Shown here one piece after another: positions 13,250 through 23,949 of a DNA stretch of 34,935 bases. Position 1 is the stretch's first letter. Each line of letters starts with the position of its first letter. The stretch is from NCBI GenBank assembly GCA_004022145.1, contig RCNU01000006.1; one strand, written 5' to 3'. This DNA comes from Paecilomyces variotii (Eukaryota). The translations under genes and the position numbers were made by a program. The notes beneath the pieces were generated by a model that saw nothing but the letters and a program-made list of their open reading frames with translations, was not told where the DNA came from and made no database searches.

Positions 13250-14049
13250 AAAGTAATAATTAATATAAAGAGTTATATAGACCGCTTTTCTCAACTATTT
13301 TAATATAAACTCTTATAGTTAATTTATTTATTAATTCTAATTCTATTAAAGCAGCTAGCTCTCCTAAATCTAGTAGAATAAATATAGTAATCTATAATAA
13401 TCTTAAGTTTTATTAGTAACTTTCTAATCAATTATTACTCTTATCCTAAGATCTAATATTTATTAACCTTTAATTATATTATAGTAAACAGGTAATTGTA
13501 AGCTTTATTTATATATATAATTAATAAAGAATATAAGAGACTGGGCGAATATTTAAAGGCTAAGAGAAAAGACTCTATATTAGGGGTCTCTATTAAGAAA
13601 CTAGTAGATAAATATTAGGCTATAATTAAGAATTAGACTAGAGATTAAAGCAATTAAAGAGATTAATCCCTAACTAATTTCTTTAAGTATTTATACTATA
13701 AATCTTATATAAAAGATAGTAATAGTAATAATAATAGTAATAATTATTTAATCCTATATTTATTAATATTATTAGGCATTATAATAGAACGGGATTATTA
13801 ATAGAGCTAATTAGGGGTAAAGAAAATTATTAGCTATATAATAGCAAGTTATAGTTAGGCAGCAGACTAATTCTAATAGTCTATTATCCCTCAGCATATA
13901 ATTCTACTAACTTAACATTATTAATAATTTTAATAAAAATTTCTGTAACTATATTATTAGTAATATTAGATTAATAATACCGCGCTATAAAAGAGGCTAA
14001 TTATATAAAAGATTAAGATTTTATTAGAAGGCAATAGTAGTATTTTTAC
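13250..14049 (+). pseudogene. RIP-degraded gene of unknown function, split by the hAT insertion (continues at ~22967-23030)
   Basis: De-RIP frame 'EYERLGEYLKAKRK...YDGTGLLMELIGGKE...QYRAMKEA...FVRRQWWYLY' reaches the TSD and continues in frame after it as 'QSRQGKTFIFHEKEIV'. The start is approximate. Confidence 0.45.
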
Positions 14050-14065
14050 TAGACTGGTTATATGG

Positions 14066-14260
14066 GTAATTCGGTTCGGTTCGGGGGAGGGTTAGACCGC
14101 CCATAGCGGGTTTTAGTTTAAGGCAGGAAAACTATACCTAAACCGAACCGTATTCTGGCGGTTTGGTTTAAAACCAAAAAAACCAAAATATTTGCCAAGA
14201 CCGGGCGCTAAATTAACTTAAGTTAGATTTTTCTTAAACGGTTCGGTTTAAATGGTTTAT
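14066..14260. repeat. hAT left sub-terminal (GGTTC)n / AACCG motif cluster, putative transposase-binding sites
   Basis: TTCGGTTCGGTTCGG, AAACCGAACCG, CGGTTTGGTTT and AAACGGTTCGGTTT occur in both orientations. The binding role is by analogy with Ac-type sub-terminal repeats. Confidence 0.75.
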
Positions 14261-14789
14261 ACAGTTTATAGTGTTAAAGGTATTAATATTCTATATTATT
14301 TTATATTATTATTAAATTTATATCCTTTTAAATCTATAGCTAAAAAATAGTTTAGATATAATATTATTATATTAAATCTAAAAGTATAAAGATAGTCTTT
14401 TAAGATATTATTAAATATTAATATAGATTTTAAAATAATTGTTATAGAAATATATATATATATTTATAAATTATAGTGCTAATAGAGTATTATTAAACAA
14501 TATATATAATTTATTATAAAAGCTAAAGTTATTAAACTAAAGAATAGATTTTATTTACTATTATTATTCTTAATAGAAAGTAATTTCTAGATTATTTTTT
14601 TAATAAGTTAACAGTAAAATCTATATATAATTAGTAAGTTATAATTTTTACAGAAAATATATAAATTCTATATATTTATAAAACTTACTAAAATTCTAAC
14701 TTAAGTTTAAACTACTAAGATTATATTATTCTTATAGCTATTTTTTTTTTATCTAGATACAGTTTTTAAATCAAATATTATTCTCTTAT

Positions 14790-15850
14790 AATGGATAATC
14801 CCCTAATTAAGCTATTTGATATAACTATTCTATTATAAATTGCAGATATTTATTTTGCCCCGATTTGGCTCTATTAATATGATATTATAATGATAAAATC
14901 AAGGTCTTTTTTTTTGCTAATTTTAAGAAATGATTCTGTGCTGGAAGAAGAAATTGATGTAGTTATTTTTAGCTAGGATCTTGTGGATTATAATCCCAAA
15001 TTATAAGATGCTTTCCCTTATTATTTAAGGAAGTAATTAAAGCAATCTCTTAAATATGCTAGAATTATTTGTCCTAAATTAGATCAGCTATTTATGTTTT
15101 TATTAGTGTATTAAATATAGTAAGTTAGGTTGCTTAGTATTTTTTTGCGGTAGACTATAAGTAGAAATATATATCTCGCATATTAATATTGGGCAATAAA
15201 GTTTGCCAATTTACCTTTTAAGTGGTATTAGGAAAAGAAAGAAGGTAAGAATAAATATAAGGGTGTCCCTTAATCTTATTAAGCTAAATAAGAAATATAG
15301 CAATTTTAAATAAAGTAGCTTTAAAATTAGTAAAGATATCCTTAAGAATAATCGGATTAATCTTAATGGTAACTATTGCGATCTAGGGCTAATATCTTTC
15401 TTTTCTAAAGGCGAATTGAATGAAATAGTTTTAAAAGAGAAATATTAAGATTTTATAAAGTAATAGTTAAGAGAAATTATAAGTTATTTATTATTATAAT
15501 AGCTCTAGATGCGGAGGGTGGTTTAAATAGATAATCTGAGCTAGAAAAGAGCATTTTAATTTAAGTTAGAATATACTAGAAGGTTATATTTAAAGTGTTT
15601 AGCGCTATTTTAGTTATATTACTAAATGAACTAACTATTGCCTATATATAACTTGGCCTATAGAGAAATAAGATAAGTAATAAATATTATGTGCTAATCT
15701 TTTAGTTAAGTATATCTAACTAAAACTTAGGAATCTAAAGCGCCTTTAAGATATTATTATAAGTTATTGAGAAAAAAATGCAAGCGGTAAGTTATTGTAA
15801 GATATTACTAATAGTAGAGATAATAATAAATTAAATATATAATAGACCTA
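14790..15850 (-). pseudogene. Possible second cargo gene of the hAT, unknown function
   Basis: Coding-like composition. One minus-strand de-RIP frame reads as protein ('PWIAMVTIEINPIVLEDIF...EGHPYIYSY...VNWQTLLPNIDMRDIYFY...HLAIWDYNPQDP'). No family recognised and the strand is not certain. Confidence 0.3.
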
Positions 15851-16339
15851 CTTATAATTTAACTTAAGTTAAAATTTATAAGTTTGGTCTTTAAAAAATA
15901 GGTAAGGCTTGCTTATTTAATTAGCAGTAATCTTATCAGTAATAGTTAACTAGAGTAGTAATAAAATAATTAATAAGAGAGCCTAGGGAGTTTCTAACAT
16001 TATATACCTATATATACACGATTTCTTAATTAGGTATAGTCTACATTAAGAATATATATATTATATTATTTTTTCTTTTATTGTATTTATTTCTTTTACT
16101 AAATATATTCTTTAATAAAAAGAGTAGATTTTAACCTGGTTAAAATTTGATTGAGGAACTCTAGGTAAGGAATAGTATATAGATTAGATAACAATCTAAC
16201 TTAAGTTAGATTGTTTTTAAGGATATAAGGGAAGATTATTATATATTACTATGAGTTACTAACCTTATTATAATTAAAATTCTAATTTAAGTTAAAGGCT
16301 CTATAACTTTACTTATTAAAGAGATAGTATAAATAATAA

Positions 16340-19260
16340 AAGCACCTATTAAATAATAAGGCAAACTCTCTAGGATTTTAATATAGAGAATTTAGCTAGA
16401 AGTATTAGCAAAAGAGACCTAAGGCTTATAATTATAGTAATTCTATAGAACCCTATTTAGATTTTAAGCTTATTTGGATTAATATGCTATATAGGCCGAA
16501 GGCTTATATAGCTAAGGCTAAAGTCTTTTTAATAATAAGAGATAATATAATCTGCGCAGAGCTTGAGAATAAATATCTGGGAATATTGTGTGTAGATATA
16601 AGAAAGCTTAAAATATCTTAGAAAGATATAAAATATAATTAAGATATTAATACTAACTATATTAAGAACTTAAAGAATAAGTTCTATATTAGTATATAGA
16701 GATTTAATATTAATATATAAATAAAAGCAATCCTAAGTGCTAAGGACTTTAACCTAGTATTATAGGTATATATAGCGGAATTATTAGAATTAGCAGATAT
16801 TAGTAATATCTGCAGTCTCTTAAGGCAGCGGTAGGGTAGAGATAATAACTTTTTTATCTATCTGGAGAAGTGGCTAGAAGAGCTTATATTACTAGTATTA
16901 TAAGCTAGGCAATATTACTGCATAGCTCTTCTAAAACTGCTGATTAAGTAAAAAGAAGCGGCTATTATTAAAGCTATTAATTATAAAGAAAAGATAATTA
17001 AGAGATTATAGGCTGATATATATCCCTATTTTAACTTAAGTTAGAATTTAGCTAATTGATTTATAGGTGTATCTTTAGGCTATTAATCTTTATAATAAGA
17101 TAATATTATTAGAAGTTCTTATAATATTACAATCTAATTGTAAAGATATTGCTTATATTAATATTAATAGAGAGTATATATTCTTATTTATTAAGGAGTA
17201 GGAGAAAAAACCTATAGACTAACGCAAGGAACTGCTAAAGAACTATAAAGAGTTTAAAAATTAGGCGCGCCCTATTATTAGTGTATTACTTAATTACGCA
17301 GCTTATATTATAGCCCCTCTATATAGTAATGTTTAGTTATAATATTTATAGGAGTATTTGCGGACAGCTTATAGTTACTCTTATTAGAATTATATATTAG
17401 GAGAGATAATTATAAATATAAAGCTAGATTAGGTATATTTAGGGATTTAATTTTAATTTTAATTTTCTAATTTAAGTTAGATCTAGATTACAGAGTTTAA
17501 GAAGTTTTTTAGCTTTATTAAGATAATCTTTATAGATAAATAGAGCGGAATAGTATCAGCAGAGGATTAGAGACTAATTATTAAGTATTATTATAGCGCA
17601 AGCAATTATACCTTATATATGTTATTCTTTCTTTTACGGGCAGATTATAAAAATAATAGATTTAAACTATCTCTAGATTACAGGTAGTTTAATAAATAGT
17701 TATTATTTTGCTTAAAGATTCCTGTATTATTTTTTAAGAACCCTATTTAATAACTATCTTTCTTTATGGCTCTGCCGGATAAAGTATATATATAAATATA
17801 GAAGAATGTTTTAGAGAATAAAGAACTTAAGTTCCCCTTATAATAAGTTCTAACTTAAGTTAAATATAAAAATTAATTGCAAACTAATTATTATAAGAGC
17901 TTATAGATTAATCTTAATAATAAAATTAGTCTCCTATTAAAATCTATATTAAAACATATTATATTCTAATATAATTTAGAATAGCAGTATTCTGCCGTAG
18001 CCTCTAAATGTCTCTAAAAATTCTAATAGATAAATGAACTTTAATATTCCCTCTTTTATAAGTCTAATAATATATATACTACTAAGGGCTTTGTAAAAAA
18101 ACTTACTAATAAGCTCTATGAGGACTTCCTATAGACCTAGGCAGATTTAAAGCATTATATAATAACCTTACTTAACTATAATTAGAATTAATACTAATAT
18201 CTTTTAGCTATTAGAACTATATAGCGACCTCTGCTTTTAGGATATTAAGGAATAAGATAGTTATAACTAATAGTATATATATCTTTTCTGTTTTAAGCGG
18301 CGTTATTAGGCCTGTGTCTTTTATATAACTTCTGAAGCAGTCTTACTCGACTTTAAGGGTATTATAAATTAATTTAATAATAAGAGTAAGATTATAAGTC
18401 TGGACTATTCTAACTTAAGTTAAAACTAATATAATATAGGGTAAATAACTTTCTACCTTTATTGCCTTTAACAATATTATATAGTGAGCCTAATTCTAAT
18501 ATAATAACGCAGTAAAGAACCTAAAAATCCTAAAAGTTAACTAGTATAAGGATGATTTAAAGACCTAATTTAATATTGCCGGGGCTCTATAGATATATTG
18601 ATTTATTAAAAGAAATATAATTTATATTATAAAGCTTAGCTTCTCTGAGACTAATAATCATAAGAAGGATTCTAAGGATCTTATTAAGACTAAGGTATAT
18701 ATGCCACTAATCTAACTTAAGTTAGAAATTAACCCGATCTAGGAGGAATAATATTAGTATTTATAAATATTAAGAGAGGTTGCCGATCTTTTAATTAAGT
18801 AGGACTAGGCTCTAAATATAGATAATATAAATAAATATCTGCGGCGCTTTACGCTGGACTATAATCTTAAAATTGAGAATAAATATATTGTTTAGAAGAA
18901 GTTGTATACGCCTTTTTTAACCTTATTAAACTAACTACTAATAAATAAACGCCCTTATAATAATAATAAGGAATAACACGAGCTGGAAAATTAGAAACAG
19001 CTCTGAGCTGTTATTTTTGATATCTTAAGGAAGAAATAGAAAGTATTAAAGGATTCTATAGGTAAATGGATTAATATGTCTATTCTAATTAAAGTTAGAA
19101 CAAGATTTAATTAAAATTCTAGATTGAGATGCAGAGATTAATAGGGCGAATAATATGCCTTAAAGGAATAGTACAGATAATAATAATAAAGGTAAGTTAT
19201 TTTTCCTATTAATTATATTATTAAACAGTTATAATAATATTATTATTATAAGTATAGGAA
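16340..19260 (+). pseudogene. Multi-intron cargo gene with N-terminal ParB/Srx-like (DUF3723-like) domain
   Basis: De-RIP frame: 'YLGILCVDIRKL..W...NRDI...HVKNLKNKF..GIQRFD....MKA' (~16573-16730), 'VLQAGQHRRIAL' (~16895-16930), an intron at 17018-17066, then 'YLWAVDLYD' (~17070-17096) and 'LRSN.......DGE' (~17127-17174). This motif order matches what I recall of fungal DUF3723 proteins (G.HR...W.VDLY...DGE). Further GT-AG introns at ~17433-17493, ~18394-18439, 18695-18742 and ~19062-19122. Confidence 0.6.
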
Positions 19261-19737
19261 TAGGGCTAAGTTTTTAGTTTAGGTTTGGATTTTTTAATTT
19301 AGCTCTGGGTAAGCTATCTTAATAGTGTTTGCTTAGTATATAAGAAACTAATTTAAGTTAAAAGTAAAATAATTAGGTTTTTTTTAGACTAATAATATAA
19401 TCTCTATTTCTAAATTAAATTATCTAAAAGTGGTTTTTCTTTAATAATAAGAACTTATATTATTTAGAAGCTTTATCTCTAACTTAAGTTAGAGTAGATT
19501 TTATTAATAGGACAGAAATTAGTTCTTAGGGATTTAATTTGAATTAATATAGCTGTTGCTTCTTGTTTCTATTTTAAGATAATAATTAGGGATAGAAGAG
19601 TAGGACTGCGAAGATAGGGACTATAAAATAAAAGAAAAAAATAGTATATCTTAATAATCTAGGCTAGCTCTATAATAACTTAAGATATAAATATATCTGA
19701 GTAGGAATCTAACTTAAGTTAGAATACTATAAATATT

Positions 19738-22600
19738 ATGCCGCCGCCGATACTATTATTTTTAAGTTTCTTCTTTTCTTTATTTTATTCTAATGCGGAT
19801 ATATTAGGATTATTGGGTCCTTTATTATAGTTTCAGAATTATATTATTTATACTCTTGCAGAGACCTATAAAACTCCTTTATCTTTAAATACTAATATCT
19901 AGGATATAAATTTTGATTATAATCTTATTGAACAATATAAGCCTTAATTTAAAGCTAATATTCCTAACTTAACTGAACTTAAGACAATAAGATATAGTTG
20001 AGGAAAGGCTATTATCTATCTAGCTCTTCTAGAATAGGTTTAGATTTTTAAATCTTAATAAAGTAAAATAGAGTTTATAAAATAGCAGTCTAAGTTTTAA
20101 TAGGTAAAAATAAAGATTTAATTATATATATAGTAATATTATTAAGAAGTTATAGACAGTATTTCTGGCGTCCCTTATATATAATATTTATATTACTCTA
20201 TATTTCTTTAATATCTTTATAAAGGAGGAAATGGCACCAGCTTAATAGCCGCCTATATAAAAAGGGCTATATACTGATCTAGAGATAAGACTCAGAAAAA
20301 TAGCAATATTTAAAATATATTAATTGTAAAGGTAAGAATTAGGTAATTAATATAGACTTTATTACTAATATTTTCTTTAGAAAACTTTTAATCTAATATA
20401 TATACTAGATGTATTATATAATCAGATCCTGTATTTTATTATAGGATATTGCTAATTGTTTTAAATAGTTAAATATATTTAGTTCTGCTGTATATTATAT
20501 ATAGCTGCTGGTAATTTATATCTAGAGTTATCTAACTAATATTAGATTTGAGCACGCCTTTTTAAACTTAAGGAGATTAATTATATTAAAATATTGTTAT
20601 ATTTATTAGAGTAAGGAAAGATTTCTCTAGTATTAAATTATTAGATTAGTTAAAATTAATATTCTTTTCTTGCTATAACTGGGTATTTTATTAATATAAA
20701 ATAAGTATACAGAGAAGTATTCTTAGCCTTCGATCCTGTCTATAGATTATATACTAGGAAAAACTTAGCTAAAATACTATTAAAGAATCTTTGTCAATAT
20801 AATCTATAATATTAGATTCTTGCTATTATTACAGATAATGCAAATAATAATATTACCTTAATAGCGGAGCTAGATAAAAGCCTAAAAGGTAAGCTTAAAA
20901 CAGATTTATTATTAGAAGATTTCTAAGATATAATACTAAGTTAACTTATTTTAAATCGCTATTATATTCTATATTTAGCATATATTTTATAACTTGCAAT
21001 TAATGCTTTACTAGGTAAACTCTATATTAATGCTTTTATTAATAATAGTATTAGTTAGGATATAAAAAAGGATAGAAGCCTATTATATTCTTAGGGTATC
21101 CTAATATTATTAGAAAAGGTATTCTCTATCTAACTTAAGTTAGATTAATACTAATAGATTTCTGTATAGGTTTGCAAGATTATTAGATTTATTAATGCGA
21201 GCCCTTAGTGTTAGGAATATTTTTTAATATTATAATAATTAAGTACTAGTTAGCTAAAATTATTACTTCTTAATTGCTAGATATAATAGAATTTAATATA
21301 TCTTATGCTTATATATATCCTTAAACTATATATAGTAATTGGATAATTTATTATATTATAGGCTAATAAAGATGTTTATTTTCTGATATTATCCCCTACT
21401 AAATGGTATTAGGTTAAATATCTTATTAAGTTAATCTGGCTATTCTATAATCTTACTCTTGCTATATTAAAGATAAATAGTCTATTAATTTATAGGGTTT
21501 TTGAAATCTATAATACTATCTTTAATTATCTTAATAACTGTATAGAGCGTTTAAAATTAAAAAAAGCTATATAGAAGATTTAACTCCGAGATGCTTTATC
21601 TAAAGCTTATAATAAGTTATGAACTTATTATGCTAAAATATATGAATCTTAAGGATTTATATATGTAATTGCAACGATCCTTTACCCCAGCATAAAATTT
21701 AAATATTTTAAAACTTAGGTCTGGTAAGATATAATAAAAAACTAGTATAATACTTATAAAAAGATTTTTTATAAGGTATTTTAATATTATAATAATTAAA
21801 ATCTAAATATTAAGGTATAATCGGGAACCTATTTATTAGTCTTAACCTTAGATTATATGCTTACATAATCTAAATATTGTTATTTCCCTTTAAGTACTAT
21901 TAGTATTTATTGAGAAATTCAGATTTATCTTACTAAAGGTAATATTCTATCCAATATTATATTTAAATCATATAATATTATTCTAACTTAAGTTGGATTA
22001 GGTTTATTAGAATCAGATAATATCCTTAATTATTAGAGAATTAATAAACATTAATTCCCAATTCTTATAATAATAGCCCGAGATTTTCTTATAATCCTAT
22101 TAAGTGGTATTAGTATAGAATAATTATTTAATAGTGCCCGAGATATCTGCTATTACTAATATAGCTGACTACTTCTTAATATAATTTATGCTTTAATACT
22201 TCTTATGTGTACTAAAAATTTTATTATTTAGTAGGAGTTTAAGGTAATAACTAATAATATAGATATAATACCTGATAATCGACAATTTAAAAGGGAGGAG
22301 ATTAAATCGCTAAATCTAATTAGTAATAATGAGGATATAGATAATATGTCAGAAGGAGAGATAGATATAGATAATAAAGATTATCGGATAGAGTAGTTTA
22401 GGGGTTAAGGTCTTTTAAGTATTTAAATAGATTAACCTATTATTGAGTCTATTTATAATAAAGGAGAATAATTAGATGAATTGCTTATACCTAAAGTTTT
22501 TATATATTCTTAGAGAAATGTAGTAACTATAGATAGATCTAAGTCTTCTAGTTATTACTTGCGCTAGATTAACTATATTAAAGGCTAATATAAATATTAA
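19738..22600 (+). pseudogene. hAT transposase pseudogene
   Basis: De-RIP motifs: 'KISLALDCWTS.NQHSFLAVTGYFI...YREVFLAFDPVYGSHTGKNLA' (~20618-20770), 'ITDNANNN' (~20828-20851), 'HIPCLAHILQLA' (~20963-20998), 'TRWNSTYLML' (~21281-21310), and dimerisation domain 'FPIL..MARDFL.IP.SG..VE.LF.SARDIC' (~22055-22150). Introns at ~20332-20380, 21119-21169 and 21939-22001. ATG at 19738 is a candidate start. Confidence 0.92.
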
Positions 22601-22759
22601 GAATCTAACTTAAGTTAGACTCTAATATTATATTCTAATATTATTCTACTAATTTTTAGTTAATATTTAGTAATAGATATTATAAAGAAATAAAAATCTA
22701 AATAGTTCTTAAAGATTAATAAGATTTATATAAAAATTTAGATTAATCTAAAGTAATTA

Positions 22760-22945
22760 AAAAAAACTAAAAAAATTGAATTAAACTAAAAAACCTAAAA
22801 AAACTAAACTTAAAAAAACTATATGGTGCATTATAAACTATTGGTTCAGTTTATAAAGTCTATAAACTATTCCGGTTTATAAAATTATAAACCGAATTAA
22901 ACTATAGGCGGTTCGGTTCGGTTTAGTTCGGTTTTTTTAGTTTTC
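22760..22945. repeat. hAT right sub-terminal AACCG/CGGTT motif cluster
   Basis: GCGGTTCGGTTCGGTTTAGTTCGGTTT and AAACCGAA, plus mutated AAACTA copies upstream. Confidence 0.75.
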
Positions 22946-23176
22946 TATAACTACTCTAATCTTTACTAGAGTTAATAAGGGAAGACTTTTATATTTTATA
23001 AAAAGGAAATTGTTTAATCTATATAATTATAATTATTATAGCAGTATAACTAAGATTAAATATAAGATAATTGCTTTAATATAGGTTCTAGCAAGTAGAT
23101 AATTAGAGGCTTATTTAAGATATTAAGGTCTATTATGCCGTACACATAGAGATATATATATAGAATATATATATCT

Positions 23177-23178
<2 letters not shown>

Positions 23179-23216
<38 letters not shown>
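23179..23216. repeat. (TA)19 microsatellite
   Basis: Direct reading; shorter TA runs lie just upstream. Confidence 0.95.
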
Positions 23217-23220
<4 letters not shown>

Positions 23221-23949
23221 ATATTATGCTAATATAACGCGGTTCTATATTACAATAAAAGTCTATAAAATATCCTTAAAATAAAACTGATAATTACTTA
23301 ACTATCTGAGTACTTAAATGTTTTAATTAATTATTATTAATAATGTTTACTAAGCAATTTCCTTTTAATAATATTATAATTCTCCTATATTAGCTCTAAT
23401 ATAGATAGTATTACTATATAATTAAATGTTTTCCTTTTAATAAAATCTTAGTAAACTAATATAATTCAGAAATAATAATTAACTATTATATTTAATCTAA
23501 TTCCCTTATAAGAGAATTAGGGGACCTATAAGTAGTAAGATATCCTAAGATATTTATCTATTGCGAGCCCCTGAGAAAAAAAATCTTATTATTTTAGTAT
23601 TTTTTTACTAAAAATTAATTTATAATCTTACTATTATAATAAAATGCTATACTATTAATTTTATACTATACCTTGCCGATTAAAGATATTATTAAAGAAA
23701 CTTAATAGCTAATAAGAATTAAATTAATAAGCTATTTAGGATTTTCTTAGCAGCTTTAGCTAATTTAGCGGTATTTTAAGTTTTTAATAATCTTATTCTA
23801 ATTTAAGTTAGAGAATTCTTAATAAGCAAATATATAAAAAAATATAATTACTAAAAGATATTATAATAATTATACTATTATAATTAAGGCTATATTAATA
23901 AAGTTATTTGGCCTCCGAATTATCTAGTAATATTACTAAGATTTAATAA

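Larger units (their letters stand above)
14213..22618. repeat. Dispersed 14-16 bp palindrome (T)CTAACTTAAGTTAG(A), ~18 copies inside the hAT
   Basis: Copies start at ~14213, 14696, 15556, 15859, 16196, 16282, 17031, 17467, 17850, 18410, 18712, 19085, 19348, 19479, 19709, 21130, 21983 and 22605. Variants differ almost only by transitions. Confidence 0.92.
14050..22958 (+). mobile_element. hAT-superfamily DNA transposon, 8909 bp, with cargo gene(s)
   Basis: Imperfect 13-bp TIRs: left TAGACTGGTTATA, right (reverse complement) TAGAGTAGTTATA. 8-bp TSD ATTTTTAC (14042-14049) / ATCTTTAC (22959-22966), differing by one C>T. Sub-terminal AACCG/CGGTT arrays at both ends and a hAT transposase remnant inside. 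Confidence 0.93.

Noticed and set aside
10420-14049. Starship element with a DUF3435 captain at the left end
   Set aside because: No tyrosine-recombinase motifs are recognisable in the first genes, and the DUF3723-like gene belongs to the nested hAT.
17031-21996. Palindrome as a bidirectional CTAAC branch point, or introns as introner-like elements
   Set aside because: Several introns have a separate downstream branch site (GCTAAT, ACTAAT, ATTAAC). The copy at 21983 suggests CTAAC arose by RIP from CCAAC, and intron sequences outside the palindrome are not similar to each other.
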